The notes below the pieces were generated by a model that made no database searches, was not told where the DNA came from, and saw nothing but the letters and a program-made list of their open reading frames with translations. A stretch of 64,000 nucleotides of DNA from Ancylonema sp. (lineage: Eukaryota). Both the position numbers and the translations under genes were made by a program. The DNA lies in contig JBFLGF010000084.1 in NCBI GenBank assembly GCA_050230475.1, positions 62,001-126,000 of the forward strand, in the 5' to 3' direction. Shown here one piece after another: positions 1 through 13,470 of this stretch. Within the stretch, counting starts at the first letter, position 1; each line of letters starts with the position of its first letter.

Positions 1-2150
1 AATTGTTACCCTTACTGCCCAAGTATTTGCTGCATCCCTGCTAACTTTCCCCACCTGTTGCAATCACAATCAGATGTCGAGTTCAAGACTTTGCAACAAT
101 GTGAGTTGATTCGCGTCTTTTCGAATTTCTGATCGCATTCTGATGCCTCGCACGTCTGTCCAACTACTTTCCCCAAGATTTTGGAATTGCTCAAAGCATC
201 ATGGGTAATGCAAAGACTATCATCGGTCGCAGTAAAAAGGGGATTCAAGCACGCACGTTGGGCTTAATACTAAAGAACCCGACAAGGACATGCCAGTCAC
301 TAGAAATGGCGCCCAATTCGCAAAATTGGTGATGGAATTGGGAGACGCGTGATTGGATCCGGTGCAGATAGCCTAACGCACAAATCTCAGCCGGTAGAAC
401 TTGTCAATGGTAATTCACGTGACGTGTCCAATGCTCAAAATGTCGTCTTCGAGCGAGCAATTTCTGCTGAAAATAGGAGGTTGGTGATCGTCAGATGCTG
501 TGTTGAGTATGAAGTGCACGGAAGAAACGCTTCTCTTAGCCCAATAGCGTCCCGCAGCAAATAGAAGGACGCCGAACGAGTCCTCAGACGTCAGCGCGCC
601 CATCTGCAAATCGTGTGAAGACAATAATTGAATTGACAAGCTTCCTTTCATACGGGCAGGGATGGAAGGAAGGAACACCAGACGAGCCCCATATCTACAA
701 TTCTCACAAATTACCAAATACAGTAAGATGATTGGAGGATCATACATGTATGTGATAAATTAGGAACGCCAGGGGAGTATCACAATTCGTGCTACAAAAC
801 TGGCAAAAAATATATGTTAAAATGTGATACGGATTTTCGGGTCAAATCTCATAATGTCTGAATGTGGACGTGCATCTGTGGATGTTGGTGCAAGGTAGAT
901 TCGTCGTAGGTGGACATCAGCAATTGCATGTGGCCCGAGTGGTCAGAGAAAGACACGTGTATCTATGGTCCATCAAAGTGATTGGGCACACGCTAGAATG
1001 GAAGTGATTGGGGGTGTCTGATTGGGCTCTCTCAGTCTGAAGGAAACGGCCTGCGAGATTGCTGACTTCGCGCCTTGCTGGCCTGCCCTGAACAGATAAC
1101 AAGCGTCCTCGGCACCAGCTCCAGCCCCAGTTCTTGTGCTTCCATGATAGAGTTGCTATCGAAGCAAAATGTCAATTGCATTAAGGCATAACAGGATTTT
1201 TTTTTTTTTAATATAATTATGGCTGAATATTTGCATTCGGACTATGTGTATGAGCATTTAGCCTTACTGATCATTTAGTCGATCGGACTCCCGTAACCAC
1301 TTTTTCAGATTCATTGGTGATATGATGATATCATCATATCATCATGACTTTTGATATGATGATTTTGGCACATGGCGGTGGTGATAACAGACTATGAGTG
1401 TTGTTATCACAGATGGCAGTTGCATTAATCGCAAGTGTGGGTATACATGTGTATGATGCTGTAACATGACACTCAACTCATGCGTGTGTGTGTATGATTG
1501 TATGTGGAATGTGCCTCACGAGTGTGGGTGACACTAGACTAGCTGGAAGGACACGAATACTGATACCACCGAGGCTTACGCAAATGTAGCACATACCCCA
1601 ATACTTCAAAAAAAAAAAACTATCGTCATGAAATTGCTACGCAAGTGGGGATTGTAGATAACAAAAACGCTCGAGCACACCGAAGTGTCACCCCATTATC
1701 TTGTCGGGTCTAATGATGAGGACACTAGAAGAGATCCATATTCATTGGTACGCACATATGCACATGCACAAATTTTTTCTGGCGAACAAGAATACCGGAA
1801 GCGGAAGAGAATTGCTCATCGTTAAAACCACCGAGTAGCAACCGTGGACGATGACGTCAGCTCTATGTTGCATGTAGGCGGGTCCCACCGTTCCCCAAAA
1901 CTTACACGTGTATGAGATTGACTTGACTTGACTTCAATCGCATTAAGTGGATTTTGAACTCGCGGTGTGAAATCTACCCTCAATCTGTCGATTTAGGGAT
2001 AAAATGTTCCGCACAGACAGGCGCGCGTGACGCCGCCGCACATGGGACGCCTTTTTCGCATAACCTGTCAGAGTCCCTCGTCATGGTGGCTGCGCACGCC
2101 GCCTCATCCGACTCCCACTCAAGCTGACTGGCAGAGTGCGTTTTGGCGAT

Positions 2151-5100
2151 ATGGCGACCCTCAATGCTGTTTGGGACAAACTCTCATCCCCATCTAGCGC
2201 TATTCAGCGCAATGACGGTTCAGTATCGGCTGGCGTCAACCTGAAACTCATCCGAAGAAGGTGCCCCATTTTATTTCACTTCACTGCAACGTGAAAAAAA
2301 ATCCAAATTTAGTGGAACCTCTCTCAAATCGAGTATGAATTTGACTGAATAAATTCGAGTAATTATTTTCAAAACTTTTGGCTCGTAAATCACAGTAAAA
2401 ACGCAGTATGTCGCTTGAGCTGCTCACACAAGAACGACAGGCAGGTACGGGTGATCACCATTGTCTTCTGCATTTTCAAAGAGCTTTACATCGCTACAGC
2501 GCTCGGGTCCTTTTTTTGAGTACGACTTTTACATTCTCTGTTCAGGAGACGTGTCTCCACACTCTTGTCGTCAGCTTCTCGTCTTACCAGCTCGCCCCTC
2601 TCGAGTGGCCGGAACCTGCAAAATTTTGGCGAAGTAAAATGTGCGCAGCGTATTCGGGTTCACATGAAGTAATTAAAAGGCAATTCCCGGATGACGTGAG
2701 GACATTGTTTTGTCTCTCAAGTCTGGTTTTGTCCGCCCTCAGCTCTGAGAGTAACACGGAATGCACTTGCTTTGAGCCGCTGTACACAATGACCAAACTC
2801 ACGATAGGTGGAAGGGTGTCTCTTCTCAGACAATGCCCACAGCACGCACCACCGCCCGGCAACAGTGGCCAAGGCGCAAGTGGCTTCTGTGGAAGCACCT
2901 CCAGTGAGCTTAACCTCAACCCTAACCTTCTCGCCCACTCTCGTTCCTTTTTCTTGGAGTGAGCTTCATCGATGAGGAACCTTATCTCTTTTTCGCCCCC
3001 CTTCAGGCACAAACCGCGACGGAAGTGATGCACCTGTACCGCACTCCCTTTCTTTCCCCTACTGCCACCACCTCCCTCCTCCATCTTGTAAGCCTCCTCT
3101 GCTCTATGCTCCCTGCTCTCTGCTCACCCTCATGACACTAAGACTTCGCGGATGCTCCCCACAGATCGAGGACAAGGTGTCGGATTCAATCGAGTCCGTG
3201 ACTACCGAGACTTGCTTCAACTTATCCCTCACTGCGCCCCTCTCACCCGAGCAGCACCATACCCTTCTCTGGTTGCTCCGAGAGACCTACGAAGCCGATC
3301 AACTCACACCCCACAGTGTGCTGGAGGCAGGGGAGGAGGGGGTGGAGGTAGTCGAAGTGGGTCCCCGCCTGTCTTTCACTACAGCTTGGTCGGCCAATGC
3401 AGTGGCCATCTGTCACGCTTGTGGCCTGCCACAGGTGGAGAGAATCGAACGGTCCAGACGCTACCTGCTCAGACTGGCTCCAGGGGCTGCATCTCTCACA
3501 GAGGGACAGCTAGCCATCTTCAGTAGCCTGGTGAGGGAGGGCCATTAGTTGATGTGGTACCGTCATAGGATGGGGGCTACCAAAAGCTGGTCATACCGAG
3601 GTTTATAATCAATAAAGGGGGGTGTAGGTCCACGATCGGATGACAGAGGCTGTGTATGCGGAGCGACTTGAGTCGTTTGAAACGGATGTGGTCCCCGCAC
3701 CAATGGTGGATGTGGCAGTCATGGAGGTGAACTCAATGCCCCCTTGGTACAACCCACCGCCCTGCGACTGTGTGTGTGTGGGTTACTCACTGACTCTGGA
3801 GTCAGAGCAGGAAGGAAGGGGGGCTTTGGAGGCCATCAACAAGGAGATGGGGCTGGCCTTCGACGAATGGGATCTGGATGGGGGTCCCCTACCCCCAGAC
3901 CCTAAACGAATCTGATTTGCACATTCGCTGACTCGCTCATTCGCTGATTGTCTGACTCGATGTGCTTGTATTGAGGGGGACTACGATTCGGGGCGCAGTT
4001 CTACACTCACCTGTTCCGCGATGACATAAAACGCAACCCCACCAATGTGGAGCTGTTTGACATTGCTCAGTCCAACAGCGAGCACTCACGCCATTGGTTT
4101 TTCAAGGGCAAGCTGGTGGTGGATGGGGTGGGGGTGGAGGAGACCCTGATGGGGATTGTGAAAGACACCCTCGATGCCAACCCCAACAACTCAGTCATCG
4201 GATTCAATGACAACTCCAGGCACAGTCCAGACATCGAAAACCCTAAAACCCTAAAAACACAAAATCCCAAATCCTGGACTTTGTCAACCATCATACAATT
4301 GAACCAGTCATTCCACGAACAAGTTTGCCCATCCATCCAAAACCCTCAATTCGAAAACCCTCAAACCTTTAACTCCATACCCAGCACCACACCACTTTCC
4401 AAAGAATCACACACTCTGACCCCTAAACCCTAAAAAGACCACCCACCCCCGAACCCTAACCCCTACAGAGACACTCCAGGCTGACATCTCCTGCCATCCA
4501 CTGTGCCACAGTGCTATCCGGGGATACCCTGTCCAGCCCCTCCTACCCGTCACCCCCGGTTCCCCCCGCCCCCTCTCCCCCCATCCCCGCGACCTCGACA
4601 TTTTATTCACGGCCGAGACCCACAACTTCCCTTGTGCTGTGGCTCCCTTCCCGGGGGCGGAGACAGGGGCGGGGGGGCGTATCAGGGATACCCAAGCAAC
4701 CGGAACTGGGTCGCTGGTGGTGGCAGCCACAGCCGGGTACTGTGTGGGGAATCTCCAGGTAAGGACCCTTAAAAACCCAAAAACCCTAATAACCCTAAAA
4801 ATCCTAAAACCGAAAACCCCTAAAAACCCTAAAAACCCTTAGATACCTAGGACAGGGTAGTAGGGGAGGGTATAAGGGAGGGGTCATTAGGGTATTGGGG
4901 AGGGGGGGTGAGGGGAAGGTATGGTTTCTTTTCTTTGTTTCCATCATCCCTCGATTTTCTTCTTTTCACTGTTTGATATTCATGGGGCTATTTTTCTCAA
5001 AGCCTGGCCTGGCCACTGTTGGATGTCCCTTTCAGCTGGAAGGAGCTGTGGCCCCGTGGGAAGACCCCCTAGTCGCCTACCCCGCCAACCTCGCCCCCCC

Positions 5101-8100
5101 CCTCAAGGTACCTCCTCCCAATCATCCCCCATCCCCCATCCCCTGGTACTGTGAGCCATGTAGAGGCGGTGATGCCAGGTGTCAGTTTGTGGCAGATCCT
5201 AGTGGACGCCAGTGACGGCGCGTCAGACTATGGCAACAAGTTTGGGGAGCCTCTCATCCAGGGATACACGCGCACGTTTGGGATGCGTCTCCCCAACGGG
5301 GAGAGGAGGGAATGGTTGAAGCCTATCATGTTCAGCGCGGGTATCGGTCAGATCGACCACTCCCACCTAGTGAAAGGGGGAGGCGGAGGTGGGGATGCTG
5401 GTGGTGAAGCTGGGGGGCCCAGCCTACCGGATCGGGATGGGGGGGGGGCGGCTTCTAGTATGGTGAGCGGGACGAGGGACGCTGAGCTGGACTTCAATGC
5501 GGTGCAGAGGGGGGATGCGGAGATGGCTCAGAAGCTCTACCGTGCCGTTCGCACGTGCGTAGAAATGGGAGAACTCAACCCCATAGTTAGCATCCACGAT
5601 CAGGGAGCGGGTGGAAACTGCAATGTAGTAAAGGAGCTAATATACCCACTGGGAGCACAGATAGATATCCGATCCGTAGTGGTAGGCGATGCCAGCATGT
5701 CAGTGTTGGAGATATGGGGAGCCGAGTACCAGGAACAGGACGCTCTCCTAGTTCGACCCCACAGCCAGGCCCTGCTGGAAGCTATCTGCGAAAGGGAGAG
5801 GGTACCCATGGGTGTCATCGGACGTATCAGCGGGGACGGTAGAGTAGTCTTAGTAGACAGCTGGGCAGAGAAGAAGGCGGAGGAGGAGGGGGAGGCTGCT
5901 CCTCGCAACCCCGTGGATCTGGACCTGGAGAAGGTGTTGGGGGACATGCCCCGGAAGACCTTCACCTTCACCCGCCAGGTGGCAGTGGTGGAGCCCCTAG
6001 AGCTGCCCCCGGGAGTGACACCTGCCACGGCGCTGCAGAGGGTGCTCAGACTTCCCTCTGTGGGGTCCAAGCGCTTCCTCACCACCAAGGTCAGGGTTTT
6101 AATTTCAGTAGAGTTAGGGCAGGGTTAGGGTTAGGGTCAGGGTAGCATTAGGGTACAGCCAGGGTTTAGGTTAGGGTCAAGGTAGGGTTAGGGTAGGGCC
6201 AGATTTAGGAGTCGGGGAAGGGTTCAGGGATGAGGGAAGGATGGAGGAATGAATTCGCCTTGTCGAGGGTTTCGGGTTTTGGGTTCAGGTCGACCGCTGT
6301 GTGAGTGGTCTTGTGGCGCAGCAGCAGACAGTGGGTCCCCTCCAGCTGCCCCTCGCTGACGTGGCAGTTATCGCACAGACGCACACGGGCACCACAGGCG
6401 CAGCTTGTGCCATCGGGGAGCAGCCCATCAAGGTGGGGGGGGAGGGCTGGGACAGAGAGATGGGATGGGATGGGAGGGAGGGACACCGGGAAGGGGAGTG
6501 GTCCTGAATCGAATCGGGGTTTGCATGAGTTCAGGGTTTGCTGAATCCTGAAGCCATGGCGCGATTGGCTTTGGGGGAGGCGCTCACAAACCTCATGTGG
6601 GCCAAGGTACACCTACAAACCCCCCCCCCCCCCACAATGCCCATCCTCCCTTCCTCATCCACCCTCCCCCTCTCCCTCCCTTCCTCATTCCCCCTCCCAC
6701 TCTCCCTTCCTCCCCCCCCCCCCGTCTGCAGGTGAGTGCCCTGAGCGACGTGAAAGTGAGCGGTAACTGGATGTATGCGGCCAAGATGGGGGGGGAGGGT
6801 GCGGTTATGTACGATGCTGCCAGGGCTCTGCGATCCGCTATGTTAGAGCTACTAGTGGCGGTGGATGGGGGGAAGGACAGCCTGTCTATGGCTGCGCAGG
6901 CTGGGGGGGAGACAGTCATGGCTCCGGGGAATCTCGTCATCAGCGCTTACGTAACCTGCCCTGACATCACCCTCACTGTCACGCCAGACCTGAAGGTGGG
7001 GGGGGTTGGAAGGGGTGTGTAGGAGGGGGGAGGGGGAAGGGGAGGGGGTCGCTGTCTCTTACTATGAGGAGGGTGGGTGGATGGTGGAGGGTGGGTGGTG
7101 CAGCTGGCAGGAGAGGGTGTGTTGCTGCATGTGGATCTTGGGGAGGGGCGGAAACGCCTGGGGGGGTCTGCTCTGGCCCATGTGTATGACCAGGTAAGCA
7201 AGAAGATGGGCACAACCCTAAACCCCCTTGCAAGCTACAAGCTGACATGTTTTTCCCTTGTGGGTGTGGCAGTTGGGGGAGGAGTGTCCTGACGTGCGAG
7301 TGGGCGCACTGAAGGCGGCATTCGAGGTGGTGCAGGAGCTGATAGAGAAGCGTCATATTTCTGCGGGGCATGACATCAGCGACGGGGGTCTGGTGACGAC
7401 ACTCCTCGAGATGGGGTTTGCAGGAGATTGTGGAATCACTGTGGACCTGCCACCTGTACCTTCCATGGATCCCAGAGAGGGGGCTCTGGCATCTCTCTTT
7501 GCAGAGGAGCTGGGTCTGGTGCTGGAGGTGTCCAAGCAGACAGCTGACTCTGTGGTCCAATCATTTGAAGCTGCTGGGGTGCCCTGTGCCGTCATTGGCT
7601 CTGTGGGTTCATCGCCAGCTGTCAGCATTTCAGTGGGCGGGAAGGAGGAGATTGTGGGTGACATCCGAGAGCTTAGAGACGTGTGGGAAGCCACGTCGTT
7701 TGCTTTGGAGAGCCTACAGCGCAGCGAGCAGTGTGTGGAGGCGGAGAGGGAGGGGCTGAAGCACCGCACACCCCCTGTCTGGACCCTCCCTTTCACTCCC
7801 ACCCCCACCCCAGAATCGCTGCTGAAGAGGGAGGGCAAGCCGAGGGTCGCGGTGGTGCGAGAGGAGGGGAGCAATGGAGATAGGGAGATGGCATCCATGG
7901 TGTATGCTGCAGGGATGGAGCCGTGGGACGTGGCCATGACCGATATGAGGAGCGGGAAAGTGACGCTCAAGGACTTCCGAGGAGTGGTGTTTGTGGGGGG
8001 GTTCAGCTACGCAGATGTGCTTGACTCTGGCAAGGGGTGGGCGGGCACCATTAAGTTTAACCCCCGACTGCTGGAGGAGTTCCAAGCGTTTTACGACAGG

Positions 8101-8831
8101 GAGGACACGTTCAGTCTGGGGGTGTGCAACGGGTGCCAGCTCATGGCGCTGCTGGGATGGGTGAGCTGCCTTTCTTCCCCCCTATCCTCTTGTACAGGGG
8201 CTGGGTTTTGAACGGGTGGAGGGGGGGAGGGTGGAGCAGATTCCGGGCGGTGAGTATGGGGATGCAGCCCAGCCGCGATTCGTCCACAATGAGTCGGGAC
8301 GATTCGAGTGCCGATTCTCTTCTGTTACCGTCCTTGACTCACCCTCCATCATGCTCAAGTAAGAAGGGAAGAAGGCTAGGTGGGGTATGCAGACTGTAAG
8401 GAGGGAGGGCATCCAGGCAAGGAAGATTGAATTGTTTGGTTGGTTCATTGGGTGGTTGGGTGGGTGGCAGAGGGATGGGTGGAACCACGGTGGGTGTATG
8501 GGTGGCACATGGTGAAGGCAAGGCCCTCTTTCCCGACCCAGCTGTGTTGACCCGAGTGAAGGAACAGAACCTAGCGCCTGTGAGGTATTGCAATGACGAG
8601 GGTGCCCCCACGGAAGCCTACCCCTTAAACCCTAACGGGTCTCCCGAGGGCATTGCCGCTCTGTGCTCCCCGAACGGACGCCACCTGGCGCTCATGCCAC
8701 ACCCTGAGAGGTCGTATCTTATGTGGCAACTCCCGTGGGTGCCAAAGGAGATGACGGGACTAGACCCCAAAGGCCCTTCGCCGTGGCTCAGGATGTGGCA
8801 AAATGCGAGGGAGTGGTGTGAGGGAGCGTGA
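2151..8831 (+). CDS. purL: Phosphoribosylformylglycinamidine synthase (large PurL/FGAMS), multi-exon (~16-19 exons), probable organellar transit peptide
   Basis: Spliced exons give contiguous plant-type FGAMS motifs: EVGPRLSFTTAWS, QSNSEHSRHWFF, AETHNFP, GAETGAGGRIRD, SIHDQGAGG, EIWGAEYQEQD, GGKDSLSM, HDISDGG, glutaminase GVCNGCQ and MPHPER, with stop TGA at 8829-8831. The start at 2151 and the exons upstream of ~3007 are tentative. There is a compensating +1/-1 indel pair in G runs (~5376 and ~5440). Confidence 0.95.
4236..4460. repeat. Degenerate telomere-like (CCCTAAA/CCCTAAAA) repeats in a FGAMS intron
   Basis: aaaaccctaaaaccctaaaa...ccctaaaccctaaaaa...aaccctaacccc in intron 4220-4511. 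Confidence 0.75.
4765..4842. repeat. Degenerate telomere-like (CCCTAAAA) array in a FGAMS intron
   Basis: aaaaacccaaaaaccctaataaccctaaaaatcctaaaaccgaaaacccctaaaaaccctaaaaaccctt. Confidence 0.8.
6090..6288. repeat. Degenerate telomere-like (TTAGGG) array, G-strand on +, in a FGAMS intron
   Basis: gttagggcagggttagggttagggtcagggtag...gggtttaggttagggtcaaggtagggttagggtaggg. Confidence 0.8.
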
Positions 8832-9478
8832 GGGGGCACATGAGCTGAAAATTATTTTTCTACAGCTTCGGGGGGTCGAGGACGTTCTTTTTATTCTTCG
8901 AGGCACTCTCTTGCTTCACTTTTGTGAAAAATAGTGTGTGTGTACTTTTGCTCTCAATTCCATCTGTAACACACAATGGGACCATCTTTGCATCTTACGG
9001 CTAGGATGTAAAGTTGGAGGCAAAGAGTGAACGACATGGGGCATTACTCGGATCCACTCCGGATGTGAGTAGCTTTATGTTTTGTACCAGTAGGTGCAGG
9101 CTTGAATGGTGCATGATTTTGCGATTAATGTTGCTACATAGTCTGTATCTTTGGTGTAGAGTTGTTCAAGGAAAATCATGTTGTGAATGGTAAGCAAATT
9201 GGTTGCTTAAGTGAGGGACTCCAAGAGAATGATCATGGGAGCACTATTTGTACCCCTATCTCCATCTTTCTATGTCACATTCTCAATCAACAGAATTGCC
9301 GTGGGACAAATTTAGAGCAGAGGCAGTTTGGAGATCCGTCTTATTCCTAAAAGAGATTGACAGTAGACAGCCTACATTTATTTGTATTATGTAAGATTCT
9401 CAAAATATTACAAGTTCACTAATGAACACAAAACAATAGGCAGCACACCCCCTTGTACATCACAGCACACCCTCTCAA

Positions 9479-10249
9479 TCAAGTAGATGCCACTTCGAAC
9501 AGAGCACCCACTTTTATCCATAGCAGCGAAGTGGTGGGGTCAAGCGGTATTCTCGAGTACCACCATTGCAAAAGCCACGACAATGCTCCACTCCCCTCCC
9601 CACCCTCTCCTGCAATCAACGACCCACCTCTTGCTCACTTACCACCTCCCATCTCAAACTCATACCACATCCCATACAACCCCTCCCCTCACCTTTATGA
9701 GCGTCTGCAACAGCTCCATGAGCGCTACCAGCGTCTTGGCCACAATTGCTAGGTCTTCTTCTCGCGGTTGGAAATGATGGTACAACGTCTTATGGCCAGC
9801 TCACAAGTGAAGAGCAACGTGTCCACCAATCTCCGTCTAACTTGCCCAACCGATACTTGACGCATCTCCCTCACTGTCACCTGGGGACGAACCCTAAGCG
9901 TGTGGAACGACATAAGGGGAGTGGTTGGGGTGTCGAGTGTCAGAGTCTCTTCTTCTGCGTGTCGTGTCAACTCTCCCACTTCCTCTATCTTGCTCCCCAT
10001 GGCCGCCCTCTCCTCCGGTGTGGCCACGAGTCCCCTTAATAGTGGTGCTGGAGAGATACTATGGCCTCTAGACTTGACTCGGTAACACTGCTTGTCTTGA
10101 GCACAAATCCGTGCCGCACCACCAGCGAGCGAAGAAAGGACATGAGGTGTTTTTTGATGACCGCCACCTGGCAACACCACCACCACCAATTGCTGCATGA
10201 GAGGCACCTATGACCAGCCTAGAGTAAAAGAAGGGGCCTGAGACAATAC
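9479..10249 (-). pseudogene. C-terminal fragment of a NUP205-like nucleoporin, two exons, with frameshifts and stops
   Basis: The segments IKKHLMSFLRSLVVRHGFVL, LRGLVATPEERAAMGSKIEEVGELTRH, VREMRQVSVGQVRRRLVDTLLFTCE and EDLAIVAKTLVALMELLQTL resemble, in order, the plant NUP205 C-terminus as I recall it. GT-AG intron at 9692-9610. Confidence 0.5.
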
Positions 10250-10479
10250 CTGCGGCAGGGTAGGTGGTTTCAAGGGTGCTTTGGATGGTGTCTTGATGTC
10301 AAATTAGGCACACTTTGCAGAGAATATTTGAGAGAAGGGGAGTGGGAACAATATATACAATTATGGAGAGAAATAATCCATTTCATATGTAAGCCCACAC
10401 CCCACTTCGATCATTGTGATCTCTCCGATGCATAAAACACGCTCTGGTTTAAATTTGAAAAACACCGAAAAACTCCGAT

Positions 10480-13470
10480 CACCTTGTCGGATGCATGTCT
10501 ATTCCTAGTGAAATTTTCATTTGATCTGAATAAAGCAAAAGAGATAATTGCCAAGTTGACCTTATTGTTGATATTGATGTTCATATTGGTATTGTTGATT
10601 TTAACCTCTTCGCTTGTTTTGGGGGCATCTCTAAATGCTGGTACTTGCTTGTGTGTGCAGTTTTTATTGAGTCAACTGGAGCGCTACCACTAGACATGTT
10701 ATACACTGAAGCTTTTCAGATTTTGCAGAGTGAAGCAAAGAAAATTGTGTCTGAAGGATTGTCGTAATTTTCTTCGTAAACTTGTATGAGATATACGTCG
10801 AGATCATGCACATGGGTATGTAAATGAGGCATCTGACTTAAGAGCACACAATACACTCAAAGCCACCTAGAATTTTGCGATGATGTGAACACCGATTTCC
10901 AGAGAAACACATAAATCAGCGAGTAGCTCGGTAAGCATGGACCCGCTCCAGACACAAAATTCAAGATGCTTCTAAATTTTGGAGTTTTGGAAGTGAGGCA
11001 TGTCATGGCATGGCATATCATGTCAATGCGATGTGGGCTTGCTGTAGTCTATTTCAAAATATATTGATTTCACGATGCTTCATTTTTGTGCTCCACAGTC
11101 GCCACATACTCTGCAACGACAGAAGACGCCTTTTGAGTTTGCAGTCTAGATCAACTTGAGATGACAAGAAGGGGTGGGCAGTCACCAACCTTGGAAGCGA
11201 GTGTCGAAGAGGGAAGTCTGCAAACCAAACGAAAGTTTAAACAAGACTATGTTAGTAGACCATCTCCCTATGAGCTGTTCAGAGTCGAGTAGGTATGAGC
11301 CACTCCAGGATATTGGAGCCACTATAACTATAGCATAGACCCAGGACTGCTAGAAGTACTTGACTTACCAGTAATTGAGCACAAAGCTCTGTTTCTTGGG
11401 AAGCACCTGAAAGGGAGTATACCACACCACCGATTTCAGCTTGGGGTTCTCACACTCGCCTTGAATAAAGGTCAGGAAAGAAACATGGAGCTGTGTGAGA
11501 TTTTCTGTGACAAAAATTTGCGAGCAAGCTAACCTTCAAGTATGCCGCTCTCTTCAATACGAGTGTAAAGGTCTTCCATGCTGATGTCCAGATCCGGGTT
11601 TCCACCGAATAATTCCTCGAGCTGTTGGAGAGCTGAATTCATATCTATATCTGCCAGAGTCGCTTCCCGGTACATTATGCGACTCAATCCCAAGGTGCAG
11701 ATATGCCGTCAATTATTGGGACTGACCAACGACAGCAAATTCAGATACCGCAGTCTGGTGTATACACTAAATGTACATACCTGCTGTTAATGGGTCCACA
11801 TGTGGTCCAGGATGAGAAGCTAGAGGGTAGTCTCCTGTGGCCGGATGGCACCGACCCTGCCTCACTCTGGGCATGAAGGGTGGCAAAGAGGGTCTTTGTG
11901 AGGACAGAAAGTCGAGTCTTGATGGTTCCAGGTCGCTCGGCTGAGCCCTTTCATGTTCAAACGGCCTGTACTGGCCGGCCTGTGCTGGCCTGTACAATGA
12001 TCCGGAGTGTTGCCATGGCACCTCCTCCAGTGGATGCACACTGGTCTGTGTTCCCCTAGGTAAATTCGACTGCTGATTGGAACCCCTATCATCTCTATGA
12101 AGGGCTTCACTCTCTCTCATATGTCTGTCTCCACCGGCACTGATGCCTTCCTTCCCTGCGTTTGCATCCGCCGAATCATTCTGATGACAATTGTCAGGTT
12201 CTGGTTTGGAGCAGGAGTCTTGAATATGAGTCGATCCGCTCTTCAGTTCCGCCGAAATGATATCCTGGCCAGTGACGGGGGAAGTTGCAGACTCGCTTAT
12301 ATATCATATGCAGCTTTGAAAATCTCGGGCTTGCCATGGACAAAATGCAGTTGGTGAATTTATCATGGGCATGACATGAAGTCATATAAGCTGAAGATTT
12401 AGAGCCGTGTCAAAGTTACCTTTAAGCACATGAAGCAGTCTAAAGCTTGCGTCGTCGAGCTGAATATAACAGCGAATTTGTGACCCTGTGATGCAACTCG
12501 CAAATCAAAATTCTCGATAAGGAGGCAGTGGACAGGAAGGATATTAATGCCTGCAATTCTGAGATATGTGACGCTGATTCGCTTTCGTACACCGTATCCA
12601 CAAGCTCATAATTGACGGAGCATCACTTCTTGCTCACTATATGAATGCCATTTGATCCTGGCATCCCAATGCCATTTTACCTGCATCACATAGTCCTGCA
12701 TGAATGCCATTTTCTTACTATATCCGAGGTGTATCTGCAGAACATGACGCGGCTGCCTTCCGTATCGTTCTCGGTGTCAACACCAGACTCCCAGTATTGA
12801 CGTACATTCTCTGCATGTATCCTAGGGTGAAAGAAGGAGACTCTCGATACGAAGTGGTGCTCCTGCAAGAAGTATATCACCCTTCATTTATCTTCTTAAC
12901 ATGTCTCATCTTCATCAGGAAAAGTTGTTGAAGCACACATGCAAAGCACCTTCCGAAATCAGAGATATCAAGTAAAATAAGTTACCAACAGCTAAAACAT
13001 CGATTTGTAGATGTTTACTGCCAGCTTATATGTGAAAATCCTTTCGCTGCGATTCTATTCAAGGCCGCAAGATCTGAGGAATAAAATGCAATGAATACTC
13101 TGCACACCAGTCGTTTGCATAAAGGGAGAATTCAACTGACGTATGTGAAGCCATTGATGAGTGATATTGTCGACATTCTTGAGTCGATCCGCTTCAGCAC
13201 TGTCAGCGTCACTGTCTGACCAGAGCGGATCCAAGACCCTCTCGTCGGCAAGTTCTTCATCGGCGCAAATTTTCCAGCAGCCATTTTCCAGGCATTTGTG
13301 TCAGCTGGCACAAACTTTGCCAGGTGGACAGGCCATGAATAGGATCCCCCCTGTGTCGCCATTCTGCGTCAAGACTGTTCTGTGACCACTGACATCAACA
13401 CGACGACTGCTCCACTCCCGGCATTGATGGTCCGTCTAATAACAACCGAGAACATGTAGCTCATACATAC
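10480..13470 (-). pseudogene. Multi-exon gene remnant of unknown product
   Basis: Several AG/GT-bounded exons join in phase (e.g. ...HVDPLTA/DIDMNSALQQLEELFGGNPDLDISMEDLYTRIEESGILE/GASQETELCAQLL). Upstream exons carry stops and frameshifts. No recognisable domain; boundaries approximate. Confidence 0.4.

Noticed and set aside
1..1150. Short ORFs at the window start
   Set aside because: No recognisable motif or consistent exon structure.
1318..1341. Perfect 24-bp palindrome tgatatgatgatatcatcatatca
   Set aside because: Low-complexity (tga/tca) and single; no supporting context.
5370..5452. Frame-shifted segment in FGAMS (GGGGGDAGG... instead of GEAEVGMLVVKLGGPAYRIGMGGG)
   Set aside because: The +1 and -1 indels both fall in G homopolymers and compensate. 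This is most likely sequencing error, not programmed frameshifting.
5600..8085. Long minus-strand ORFs
   Set aside because: Antisense shadows of GC-rich FGAMS exons.
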